Positions 20,471 to 29,968 of a stretch of DNA of 64,000 bases are shown here, one piece after another. The translations under genes and the position numbers were made by a program. Where the stretch lies: NCBI GenBank assembly GCA_018816945.1, contig JAHIVC010000069.1, positions 37,339-101,338 on the forward strand. Direction: 5' to 3'. Every line of letters starts with the position of its first letter. The stretch's first letter is position 1. Source of the DNA: Bacteroidota bacterium (GTDB lineage: Bacteria > Bacteroidota > Bacteroidia > Bacteroidales > GCA-2711565). The notes under the pieces are model-generated. The model was not told the DNA's origin, ran no database searches, and was given only the letters and a program-made list of their open reading frames with translations.

Positions 20471-21073
20471 TCAATTCATTTTTTGAAGAAGGTCAGAAGC
20501 CTTTGCAAAGTAATTCTTAACTGCATCCTTTTGATCAAGCGTAAGTACTTCCGGTTTTATTGATTCTGATGCACTTTTTAATTCATCAACTTCATCTGCC
20601 AAACCTGGATATTTTGCCTTTTGGATATTTTGCAATACATTGGTTAAAATATCAACCGCATTTCTAATGTTATCCGCATGAGTTGTTTCAAAAGGATCTA
20701 TTGTAATCATATTTGCATATTCCTTTACCTTTTCTAAATCTGCCCGAACTTCATATCCAACCTCATTGGCCATAGCATTTGTAGCATCAATTAGTTTTAA
20801 TAGCGCTTCATTTGTATATGCATGGTCCAGACTCATCTTTTCCTTACTGTTTTCTGCAAAATTTATATATGCCGCAACAGTGCCGTTATTTTCTTTTACC
20901 CCTAAGAGGTCGGTTTCACTCGTATTGGTGATATGATCTGCTTCAGTTACTGCCTCTGTATTTTTGCCGTCATCACTAAATACCAGGAAATATGCAAGCA
21001 ATGCAACTATGACAAGGCCTACGATCATCCATGGCCATGCCTGTTTTTTCTGTTCAATTTTAATTTCTGCCAT
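20471..21073 (-). CDS. Membrane-anchored hypothetical protein
   Basis: 200 aa with a single N-terminal TM (WPWMIVGLVIVALLAYFLVF) and a helical acidic C-terminal region. It is the first gene of the minus-strand stress cluster. Confidence 0.4.
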   Translation of the reverse strand: MAEIKIEQKKQAWPWMIVGLVIVALLAYFLVFSDDGKNTEAVTEADHITNTSETDLLGVKENNGTVAAYINFAENSKEKMSLDHAYTNEALLKLIDATNAMANEVGYEVRADLEKVKEYANMITIDPFETTHADNIRNAVDILTNVLQNIQKAKYPGLADEVDELKSASESIKPEVLTLDQKDAVKNYFAKASDLLQKMN

Positions 21074-21483
21074 AATAATTTTCTTTAAGTGAAATTCTAT
21101 TTGTGAATAATTAGGTTAAAGGTCAGCACATATAAACTGAAAAGTGTTACACAACTATTGTAAAATTTTACAACATTCACACATTATCCACACCCAAACT
21201 AATAGCTTTCATTTACTTTTATATAGGTACTCAAAAAAAGAAATATTTTGTTTTTCCTGTCACTTTTTTTCATTCATTTTCAAATTTATTGTCTTTGTCG
21301 AGTTTGAAATTTGCTTTTCAACCCTGTAAGTTTCCCTTTTTTAAGACAATTTTTAAATGATAAGTTGGAAAGACTATTAGGCAAGGAAAATAAGGCTCGC
21401 AGGGGTGACGAAATAATTATTTGTTTCCCCCGACCAAAATATTCGGCATCTTATTGCTTTTTCTGAATCTTTAGGAAATTATA

Positions 21484-21923
21484 TTATTGAGGTTTATATT
21501 CGTAGGGCAGCCAATCTGCAATCCGCTGATTTGCCATTTCACCTTTGTGGGCATATGTGCCTACGTATCTGCCTGATTTTGAAATTAACCCGATTGCATC
21601 AATAGTTTCAATCCACTTTCTCGGTGTCAAATTGATACTGTTTAATCCGGCTTGTTTTCTAAAGGTGCCGAATTCGACAGGTTTAAAATTCGGGTTATTC
21701 AAAGCTCCCATAATCCAATGAATTCTACCGTATTGCGATTCCTCATCCAATTGCGAATATGGTTCGTCTCTTCTTCATCTCTAACCATATCTGTCAGGCA
21801 GATATAATCTTGCTCGTCTTGTTTAACTATCGAAATAAGCTTATTTTCAACTTCTATCTGAGTTTTATTGGTTATATTGTCAGATCGTTTTTCAATTTGT
21901 ACAAATATACAATTCTTATCCAA
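21484..21923 (-). pseudogene. KilA-N domain protein, frameshifted
   Basis: Two overlapping minus-strand ORFs in different frames together resemble one KilA-N protein. They are 21699-21923 (ending NWMRNRNTVEFIGLWEL) and 21484-21750 (NNPNFKPVEFGTFRKQAGLNSINLTPRKWIE...SGRYVGTYAHK). Confidence 0.6.
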
Positions 21924-22098
21924 TTTATCTTGCTGGCACTACGGCACTTACAATGTATGATAAAGGTTGCGGCATAGATGCGTGCGGGTTTTTCGTGTTG
22001 CTTTCCAGTCCGCCGTTGATAATGTATAAAAGTAGTACAAAGGCTTGAGATTTTCTTCACCCCGCATGCCCTTTTGAGCCGCTGTTGGCATGTCGTTT

Positions 22099-22647
22099 TT
22101 ATCTCTTCATTAATTCTTTAAAGTCATTCCTGCTGTATATTCCAGGACTTGCATGCGAACCATAATTCATTTCAATATTCACATATTTAATTGAATTATT
22201 TTCTGTCAATGTAAAAACTGTTTCACCAAGAAAACAAAATGCACCCGTAGAACCCATTTGTTCACCTAAATATTCGTCTTCTATTATTCGAATTCTAATT
22301 GTGTCTGACGATTGGTCAATATATTCTAATTTGCTTTTTGCTGTCCTTCTATTTAGTATTTCAATTAATTCACTAGGTGTCTTTGAAACTGAGTCTAAAA
22401 GTTTGCCTTTTTCCAAGAATTCATAATTTCTATTTGTGTCAAATTCAGTATGCCAATAAAAGTCTGTAATTATCACAGAATTGAAGTCATAATAATTTTC
22501 ACACTTATTCAATTCATAATTCCAGCTTCCACCACTGTCAAGACACGAATCAATCGCAAGAAACTTTCTTGTCCATATAGTTCCAAAAATTGAAATGATT
22601 ATGATTACAAGAATTAATGTTCCAATAAGTACTTTTTTATTCATCAC
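22099..22647 (-). CDS. Hypothetical membrane-anchored/secreted protein
   Basis: 182 aa with an N-terminal hydrophobic anchor. No motifs recognised. Confidence 0.4.
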   Translation of the reverse strand: MMNKKVLIGTLILVIIIISIFGTIWTRKFLAIDSCLDSGGSWNYELNKCENYYDFNSVIITDFYWHTEFDTNRNYEFLEKGKLLDSVSKTPSELIEILNRRTAKSKLEYIDQSSDTIRIRIIEDEYLGEQMGSTGAFCFLGETVFTLTENNSIKYVNIEMNYGSHASPGIYSRNDFKELMKR

Positions 22648-23133
22648 AGTTCAGTTTATAAAAATGCACGCCAACTCTGTTAAATGTTCACCTTTCTTCC
22701 ACAAAAACATCCAAATTTGCAAGTATTGTTTACTTTTTGTGGTTTTATATCTATCATAAATTCTTCAATCATCTTCATGATTTTAATTTTTAAACGGGGA
22801 GAAAATCAAATATACATAAAAGATCAATATTTCAACTTAATAGTTTAAAAAATACTGATTTAACAGGATCATAAGTCCTAATCCTTAGTTGATAAGGTCT
22901 CCGGTAAACACAAAACCATAAGCCCGCCGAATAAGATTAGCCCGTAATTTTACGCAAAACCCTTCCTTTTTTTACTGGTTTTTAATTGAAAAACCTGCTG
23001 CTTTGTCGCTGATTAAAACGGTACGTTGCGCCCTGTTTCGGCCACCGTATCCGAAATACCTTTACACCATAAAATTTAATTAATCTAACGAATAAAAAAA
23101 ACCTGCAATTAATAACAATAAAAAAGAAGAGTC

Positions 23134-23634
23134 ATGAAAACTAACAAAAAGATTTTAATCGTTGACGACGACGTTGATGTAATCACGGTAGCCCAAACCA
23201 TCCTGACAAAAGAAGGATATACCGTAATTTCCGCATCCGGAAAAGAAGAAGGACTTGAACTGCTTCGAACCGAAAAACCCGATATGGCCATATTGGACGT
23301 AATGATGACAACTCATTACGAAGGATTTGAATTGGCAAATGAAATGCTGAACAATCCTGATCTTAAAAATGTCCCATTCCTTATCCAAACATCTATTGAT
23401 GTTCTGACCACAACTAAGGCCAGTGTTCAGGATATGGCCCGCGAGTTTCGTCGCGATTCAAATTTTAAAGATTTAAATGTACTGCTGGTTAAAAATGTTA
23501 CCGATGGCAGCGCAGGTATCGATTATAAAACCGATGACGGAACTTCAGTGTTTTTCCCTGTTGGCGGATTCCTTACCAAACCTATTGATGGAACTAAATT
23601 GGTAAGTGAAGTAAATAAATTAATGAAAAAATAA
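23134..23634 (+). CDS. Stand-alone response regulator receiver protein
   Basis: 166 aa with KILIVDDD and the phospho-acceptor context DMAILDVMM. No output domain. Confidence 0.85.
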   Translation: MKTNKKILIVDDDVDVITVAQTILTKEGYTVISASGKEEGLELLRTEKPDMAILDVMMTTHYEGFELANEMLNNPDLKNVPFLIQTSIDVLTTTKASVQDMAREFRRDSNFKDLNVLLVKNVTDGSAGIDYKTDDGTSVFFPVGGFLTKPIDGTKLVSEVNKLMKK

Positions 23635-23812
23635 GGGGATTTATTTTCATGATGAAAGTTTGAATAAAAGCAAATGATGAATTGGTAAAAGGGCGCGGTC
23701 GAAATAGAGTTTCGGCTTCCTGCCTGACGGTTTACCTGCCGAAGGAATGGCAGGCAGGCGCTCAAAATCCTTCAAAAACTTTCAATCATTAATAAAACTT
23801 AATGCAGATAAG

Positions 23813-24271
23813 ATGAGTAGGAAAGATATATTTTCAAAATATCAGGAATCAGGGAGAGAAAATCTTATTCCTGTTTTACAGGACATCCAAAACGAAGAGG
23901 GATTTTTATCAGAAGATTCAATTATTGAGGTAGGCAAGTATCTTCATTTGCCAACGAGTAAAATATATGGCGTAGCTACCTTTTATAACCAATTCAGGTT
24001 TAATGCTACTGGCAAATATCATATTCAAATATGCAGGGGAACGGCTTGTCACGTTTTGGGTTCTGCATCTGTTCTGGAAATTCTGGAAAAAACATTAAAA
24101 ACAAAAGCCGGAGAAACCACAAAAGATGGAGTGTTCAGTATAGAAGTGGTGGCATGTATCGGTGCTTGCGGATTGGCTCCGGTAATCTGCATCAATGGAA
24201 ATTTTCATGCAAAAGTCACAAATCAGTCAATTGTTGAAATTATTGATAATTATAGGAATTTAAGCGAATAA
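23813..24271 (+). CDS. hydC: [FeFe]-hydrogenase NuoE-like [2Fe-2S] subunit (HydC/HndA-type)
   Basis: Cys pattern CRGTAC...CIGACGLAP, typical of thioredoxin-like 2Fe-2S NuoE. The ORF opens at 23747, but the in-frame ATG at 23813 (MSRKDIFSKYQ) fits family length. It also avoids the GC hairpin at 23719-23758. Confidence 0.8.
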   Translation: MSRKDIFSKYQESGRENLIPVLQDIQNEEGFLSEDSIIEVGKYLHLPTSKIYGVATFYNQFRFNATGKYHIQICRGTACHVLGSASVLEILEKTLKTKAGETTKDGVFSIEVVACIGACGLAPVICINGNFHAKVTNQSIVEIIDNYRNLSE

Positions 24272-24274
24272 ATC

Positions 24275-26224
24275 ATGGAAGGCACTGAAAATACAGTTAA
24301 GGAATTTTTCATAAATGAAGTTTTACGGGATTATTCCAATAATTCGAAAGATAAGGAAACGCTTAAAAAGTTGTCGTTTTACAAAAATGAAACTATTGAT
24401 AAACCAATCATCTATATTGGTGCCGGAACTTGCGGTTTAGGAGCAGGTGCCGATAAAACCATCCATAAAACAAGACAATATTTAGCAGATAAAAACATTG
24501 AGGCGCGTATCGTTAAAACCGGTTGTATTGGTTTATGTTCATCAGAACCTATTATGGATGTTCAATTACCGGGGCATAACCGTATATCTTTCGAAGCGAT
24601 TACCGAGGATAAAGTTGATGCATTACTTGATGCCATTTTTAAACTCGAACTTCCCGGTGAAAAGCCAATTGGTCAGTTTATACTACCGGATAGCAGAATC
24701 TGGGAAGGTGTAGTTGATATTAACAAACATCCATTTTTTGCGAACCAGCAAAGATTGGTTTTGAAGAATTGCGGAATTATTGATCCGGTCAGCATCGAAG
24801 AGTATATCGCCAAAGGCGGATATAAAAGTTTTGTAAAAACCATCAGCATATATAATCCGGCAGAAGTGTGCCAACTTATTCTCGACAGCGGTTTGCGAGG
24901 CAGAGGAGGAGGGGGATTTCCTTCGGGAATGAAATGGAAATTTGCTAATAAAGAAATCAGTGATCAAAAATATTTGATCTGCAATGCAGATGAAGGTGAT
25001 CCGGGCGCATTTATGGATCGCGCAGTTATCGAAGGGGATCCGCATAAATTAATTGAAGGAATGGCCATTGCAGCTTTCGGAATTGGAGCTACAAAGGCAT
25101 ACATCTATATCAGGGCCGAATACCCATTGGCTATTGAGCGATTGTATCTGGCCATTCAGCAAGCCAAAGATTATGGTTTGGTTGGAAAAAATATTTTTGG
25201 CACGGGTGTAGATTTTGAAATTAAGGTTAAAATGGGTGCAGGGGCATTTGTTTGTGGAGAAGAAACTGCCCTAATGCAGAGTATTGAAGGTAAAAGAGGA
25301 ATGCCAAAGCCTCGGCCCCCATTCCCGACCACCAGTGGATTATTTGGTAAACCAACTGTTATTAATAATGTTGAAACGCTTTCGAATGTCCCTGAAATAA
25401 TTGAAAAAGGCAAAGAATGGTTTGCTTCGATTGGAACCGAAAAAAGTAAAGGAACAAAAGTTTTTGCACTCTCCGGAAAAATCACGTTGACCGGTTTGAT
25501 CGAAGTGCCAATGGGAACTACCATTCGTGATATTTTATTCAAAATTGCCGGAGGCATTAAAGATGGTAAGAAATTCAAAGCCGTTCAAATCGGAGGTCCA
25601 TCAGGGGGATGTATTACTGAGCAGAATCTGGATATTCAAATAGATTACGATTCATTATTAGCTGTGGGTGCTATGATGGGTTCAGGCGGACTTGTTGTAA
25701 TGGATGAAGATACCTGTATGGTTGATGTGGCTAAATTCTTTATGGATTTTATTCAACGTGAAAGTTGTGGAAAGTGCATCCCATGCAGGGAAGGAACCAA
25801 ACGTATGCTTGAGATTCTTGAAAGTATCACCAATAAGCCCCATAGCCAAACCAATAATGAGGCACTCGAACGATTTAAAGGGATCATGCAGCTTGAAAAA
25901 TTGGCAAGGGTCATTAAAGATACTTCCTTATGTGGATTGGGACAATCAGCTCCAAATCCGGTATTGAGCACACTCCTTTGGTTTCGGGACGAATATGATG
26001 CACATATTTATGATCGAAAATGCCCGGCCGGGATTTGTACTAATCTGAGGACTTTCAAAATTGATGTAGATGTTTGTACGGGATGTACTGTTTGTTCGAA
26101 GAAATGCCCTACAGGAGCCATTATCGGAGCCAAAAAAACACCGCATTTTATCGTTGAAGATAAATGTATTGGATGTGGATCATGTGAAGAGGTTTGTAAG
26201 TTTAATGCGATTAGCGTCGTTTAA
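24275..26224 (+). CDS. hydB: [FeFe]-hydrogenase NuoF-like NAD(P)H/FMN subunit (HydB/HndC-type)
   Basis: 649 aa with GRGGGGFPSGMKWKF (FMN/NADH site), ESCGKCIPCREG (N3 cluster) and a C-terminal 2x[4Fe-4S] domain (CTGCTVCSKKCP, CIGCGSCEEVC). Confidence 0.9.
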   Translation: MEGTENTVKEFFINEVLRDYSNNSKDKETLKKLSFYKNETIDKPIIYIGAGTCGLGAGADKTIHKTRQYLADKNIEARIVKTGCIGLCSSEPIMDVQLPGHNRISFEAITEDKVDALLDAIFKLELPGEKPIGQFILPDSRIWEGVVDINKHPFFANQQRLVLKNCGIIDPVSIEEYIAKGGYKSFVKTISIYNPAEVCQLILDSGLRGRGGGGFPSGMKWKFANKEISDQKYLICNADEGDPGAFMDRAVIEGDPHKLIEGMAIAAFGIGATKAYIYIRAEYPLAIERLYLAIQQAKDYGLVGKNIFGTGVDFEIKVKMGAGAFVCGEETALMQSIEGKRGMPKPRPPFPTTSGLFGKPTVINNVETLSNVPEIIEKGKEWFASIGTEKSKGTKVFALSGKITLTGLIEVPMGTTIRDILFKIAGGIKDGKKFKAVQIGGPSGGCITEQNLDIQIDYDSLLAVGAMMGSGGLVVMDEDTCMVDVAKFFMDFIQRESCGKCIPCREGTKRMLEILESITNKPHSQTNNEALERFKGIMQLEKLARVIKDTSLCGLGQSAPNPVLSTLLWFRDEYDAHIYDRKCPAGICTNLRTFKIDVDVCTGCTVCSKKCPTGAIIGAKKTPHFIVEDKCIGCGSCEEVCKFNAISVV

Positions 26225-26241
26225 TTTTTAATACTAAGGAG

Positions 26242-27966
26242 ATGAGTTTCTTAATAGAAGTAAATAATAAAATGCTGGAGGCACAAGAGGGAGAACTGCT
26301 TTTGGAAACATTAAACAGAAATGGTATTAAGGTTCCAACATTGTGCCATCTGAAAAATTCAATGCCATCCGGTGCTTGCCGAATGTGTGTAGTTGAAAAC
26401 AAAAAGTCGGGTAAATTAATCACTGCTTGTTCTCATCCTTCCGAACAGGGAATGAATATATTAACGCATTCGCCAAGGGTAATTGAATCGCGTAAAACTA
26501 TCGTTGAATTGTTGCTTTCAAATCATCCCGACGATTGTTTGTATTGCGTTCGAAACAGGAATTGTGAACTCCAAACTTTGGCCGACGAACTTCAGGTTCG
26601 CGAACGAAAAATCAGAGGTAAAAAAAATAATTATAATATCGATCGCTCAAGCGCCAGTATTGTTAGGGATCCGGATAAATGTATTTTATGTGGCAGATGT
26701 GTCAGGGTTTGCCAGGATATGATGGGCGTTACAGCAATTGACTTTATTAACAGAGGAAGTCGCTCCGTAATCGGAACCAGTTTTAACCGTGGGTTGAATA
26801 CCTCAAGTTGTGTGAATTGTGGTCAGTGTATTTTGGTTTGCCCAACGGGTGCATTATCCGAAAAAAATCACTTTGGTGAAATTCAGGATGCACTTGCAAA
26901 CCCTGAAAAAACGGTGGTTATTCAATATGCACCTGCTATTTCAGTATCTATTGCCGAGGAATTTAATATGGAAGCAGGCAAAGATTTGAACGGGATTTTA
27001 AATTCGGCTTTACGAAAAATCGGTTTCGATCGCGTTTTTGATACCACCTTTTCAGCCGATTTAACCATCATGGAAGAATCTGCCGAATTGATTGATCGGA
27101 TTACTACCGGTGGCGTAATGCCAATGATAACAAGCTGTTGCCCTGCCTGGATCAAATATGCCGAAGAGTTTTATCCTGAACTGATACCGAATATCTCTTC
27201 GTGTAAATCGCCACAGCAAATGTTAGGAGCGGTTATCAAATCATATTGGGCAGAAAGCGAAGGAATTAAACCTGAAAATATTTACTCTGTTTCAATCATG
27301 CCGTGTACTGCCAAAAAGTTTGAAGCACAGAGAGAAGAAATGACCCAGCATGGAATAACCGATGTGGATGCCGTAATTACTACCCGTGAGTTAGGCGATT
27401 TTATTCGAATGATGGGTGTTGATGTGCATAATATTGAGCCTGAACAAGCCGATTCACCTCATGGTTTCATGAGTTCGGCCGGAAAACTGTTTGGCGCATC
27501 GGGAGGGGTAATGGAAGCAGCAATCCGAACAGCTTATTTTAAAATCACCGGTAAAGAATTAGCCGATCTTAAAATACCTGAAATAAGAGGACTTAAAGGT
27601 CGTAAAGAAGCAAAAATAAAGATTGGTGAACTTGAGATTGGTGTAGCCGTGGTGAATGGATTGGCAAATGCAGCCAAACTTCTTGATGAAATTAAAGCAG
27701 GAAAAAATGACATTCATTTTATTGAAGTGATGGCTTGCCCAGGAGGTTGCATCAATGGAGGAGGTCAACATATTGGCGCCTCTGAAGAAGCAATCAGGGC
27801 AAGAATGCAATCTATTTACTCGATTGATAATGATGCAATGATAAGGGTATCTCATAAAAACCCTGAAGTGATTGCTTTGTACGAAAACTATTTGGAAGAG
27901 CCATTGGGAAATAAAAGTCACCATCTCTTACATACTAAGTACACTAAAAGAAATGTGTTAAAATAA
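26242..27966 (+). CDS. hydA: [FeFe]-hydrogenase catalytic subunit, group A3-like
   Basis: The N-terminus has 2Fe-2S and NuoG-like clusters plus two ferredoxin motifs (CILCGRCVRVC, CVNCGQCILVCP). H-cluster motifs are L1 TSCCPAW, L2 MPCTAKKFE and L3 EVMACPGGCINGGGQ. Confidence 0.95.
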   Translation: MSFLIEVNNKMLEAQEGELLLETLNRNGIKVPTLCHLKNSMPSGACRMCVVENKKSGKLITACSHPSEQGMNILTHSPRVIESRKTIVELLLSNHPDDCLYCVRNRNCELQTLADELQVRERKIRGKKNNYNIDRSSASIVRDPDKCILCGRCVRVCQDMMGVTAIDFINRGSRSVIGTSFNRGLNTSSCVNCGQCILVCPTGALSEKNHFGEIQDALANPEKTVVIQYAPAISVSIAEEFNMEAGKDLNGILNSALRKIGFDRVFDTTFSADLTIMEESAELIDRITTGGVMPMITSCCPAWIKYAEEFYPELIPNISSCKSPQQMLGAVIKSYWAESEGIKPENIYSVSIMPCTAKKFEAQREEMTQHGITDVDAVITTRELGDFIRMMGVDVHNIEPEQADSPHGFMSSAGKLFGASGGVMEAAIRTAYFKITGKELADLKIPEIRGLKGRKEAKIKIGELEIGVAVVNGLANAAKLLDEIKAGKNDIHFIEVMACPGGCINGGGQHIGASEEAIRARMQSIYSIDNDAMIRVSHKNPEVIALYENYLEEPLGNKSHHLLHTKYTKRNVLK

Positions 27967-29957
27967 TGACAGTCAATATGGGACACGCAGAACGAAATAA
28001 GCTGGTTATCACGGTAAAAGACAAATGCCGTGTGTGCTATACCTGCGTGCGTGAATGCCCGGTTAAGGCAATAAAGATTAATAATGGGCAGGCAGAAGTA
28101 ATAAATGAAAGGTGCATCGGGTGTGGCAATTGTGTGAAGGTGTGCAGTCAGGGAGCGAAAGTTTTTCTTGACTCAAAAAGCGAGGTTGAACAATTGCTTA
28201 ATTCCGATGAAAGGGTCATCGCATGTATAGCTCCAAGCTTTCCGGCCGAGTTTTCTGATATTAAGGATTATCAGTGTTTGGTTAGAATGATTAAAAGATT
28301 GGGTTTTTTAAAAGTCGTGGAAGTTGCTTTTGGAGCCGATTTGATTGCATGTGAATATCGTCAGATGATAGAAAGCGATGACCCTACACCCTACATTTCC
28401 TCTGACTGTCCATCTATTGTTTATTATATTGAACATTATCATCCCGATTTGGTCAAAAATCTATCGCCGATAGCATCGCCAATGGTTGCAATAACAAGGG
28501 TGATTCATGAAGAATATGGAAAAGATGTGAAGGTTGTTTTTATCGGGCCCTGCATCGCCAAAAAAGCAGAATCAAATGAGGTTGATGAAGCCATCACGTT
28601 TAAAGAGCTTAGGGAATTATTTGAGAAATATCAAATCGTGCCGCAAAAAACCGATCGTTGCGATTTTGATCCGCCCAGAGCTTCCAGAGGAGCTGTATTT
28701 CCTGTTTCCAGGGGTTTAATTCAATCTATTGATAAAAGTGATGATTTGGTGAATGGAAAAATTATTACTGCTTCAGGTAAGGATAACTTCAAGGAAATTA
28801 TCAAAGAATTTGAAAGTGGGGAAATTGATTGTAAATACATGGAATTGCTATGCTGCAAAGGATGCATCATGGGCCCGGGTATGACCAATAAGGATAAGCG
28901 ATATTTCAAAAGAAGCCAAATCAGCAATTATGTAAAACAAAAGCTGGAAGTGTTTGATCAGGAAGAGTGGGAGGGCTATATTAAAAAGTACAGCCATCTC
29001 GACTTGTCACAAAATTTCACTTCAAACGATCGAAGAGTAGCCAGACCCGATCAGAAATCTATCGAGAAAGTGCTATTAAGCATGGGTAAGAGAAAGGCTT
29101 CTGATTATCTGAATTGCGGAACCTGTGGATATGATACGTGCATAGAACACGCGGTAGCTATTGTTCAGGGATATGCCGAAACTGAAATGTGTTTGCCATA
29201 TAGCATTGAAAAATTGCATAAATCAATCGAAGATTTAAATATTTCGAACGAAAATCTTGACAATGCGCGTATAGCACTTAAACAATCGGAAAAACTTGCG
29301 CATATGGGCCAATTGTCGGCCGGTATTGCCCACGAATTGAACAATCCTTTGGGGGTCATTACCATGTACAGCAATATCCTGAAGGAAGAAACAACTCCTG
29401 ATAATCCAATGTTTAAGGATTTGGAATTGATTGTTGACCAAACAGAGCGATGCAAAAAAATAGTAGGCGGCTTGTTGAATTTTGCCCGCAAAAGCCAGGT
29501 TAAAAAGGTTGAAACAAATCTCGAAAAATTTGTAATTCACAGCACTGAATCTATTGTTTTACCATCAAATATTGAATTGGAAGTAAAAACAAATCTGACT
29601 GATTCACTGGTAATGATCGATCAGGATCAGATGATGCAGGTTTTAACCAATCTGGAGAAAAATGCCATAGAAGCCATGCCAAACGGAGGTATTCTAAGCA
29701 TCGATATTACTGATACCGAGTCAAATTTTAAAATTATAATTTCCGATACGGGGGTTGGTATTCCGCAGGAGAACATGGATAAACTTTATACTCCGTTTTT
29801 TACAACAAAAGCATTGGGGAAAGGCACCGGACTAGGATTACCGTTGGTATATGGAATTGTTAAAATGCATAGGGGCCAAATTAATGTGGTGTCAAATACG
29901 GATAAGAGTAAAGGACAAACGGGTACTTCATTTATAATAGATGTTCCTAAATTTTAG
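27966..29957 (+). CDS. [FeFe]-hydrogenase-like (H-cluster domain) sensor histidine kinase
   Basis: 663 aa. N-terminal 2x[4Fe-4S] (CRVCYTCVRECP, CIGCGNCVKVC). Hydrogenase large-domain homology with variant motifs SSDCPS (L1), IGPCIAKKAE (L2) and ELLCCKGCIMGPG (L3). A CGTCGYDTC Fe-S-like segment, the HisKA H-box AHELNNPLG, and HATPase (DTGVGI, GTGLGL). ATG overlaps the hydA stop (TAATG). Confidence 0.85.
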   Translation: MTVNMGHAERNKLVITVKDKCRVCYTCVRECPVKAIKINNGQAEVINERCIGCGNCVKVCSQGAKVFLDSKSEVEQLLNSDERVIACIAPSFPAEFSDIKDYQCLVRMIKRLGFLKVVEVAFGADLIACEYRQMIESDDPTPYISSDCPSIVYYIEHYHPDLVKNLSPIASPMVAITRVIHEEYGKDVKVVFIGPCIAKKAESNEVDEAITFKELRELFEKYQIVPQKTDRCDFDPPRASRGAVFPVSRGLIQSIDKSDDLVNGKIITASGKDNFKEIIKEFESGEIDCKYMELLCCKGCIMGPGMTNKDKRYFKRSQISNYVKQKLEVFDQEEWEGYIKKYSHLDLSQNFTSNDRRVARPDQKSIEKVLLSMGKRKASDYLNCGTCGYDTCIEHAVAIVQGYAETEMCLPYSIEKLHKSIEDLNISNENLDNARIALKQSEKLAHMGQLSAGIAHELNNPLGVITMYSNILKEETTPDNPMFKDLELIVDQTERCKKIVGGLLNFARKSQVKKVETNLEKFVIHSTESIVLPSNIELEVKTNLTDSLVMIDQDQMMQVLTNLEKNAIEAMPNGGILSIDITDTESNFKIIISDTGVGIPQENMDKLYTPFFTTKALGKGTGLGLPLVYGIVKMHRGQINVVSNTDKSKGQTGTSFIIDVPKF

Positions 29958-29968
29958 GGTTTTAATCA

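Noticed and set aside
21872-22060. 62-aa and neighbouring 72-aa ORFs next to the KilA-N remnant
   Set aside because: They have no recognisable motifs, overlap each other and the pseudogene, and are likely non-coding decay products.
23747-23812. Upstream 22-codon extension of hydC (MAGRRSKSFKNF...)
   Set aside because: The ATG is embedded in the GGCAGGCAGG hairpin arm, and the extension has no counterpart in NuoE-like proteins as I know them. The start at 23813 is preferred but not proven.
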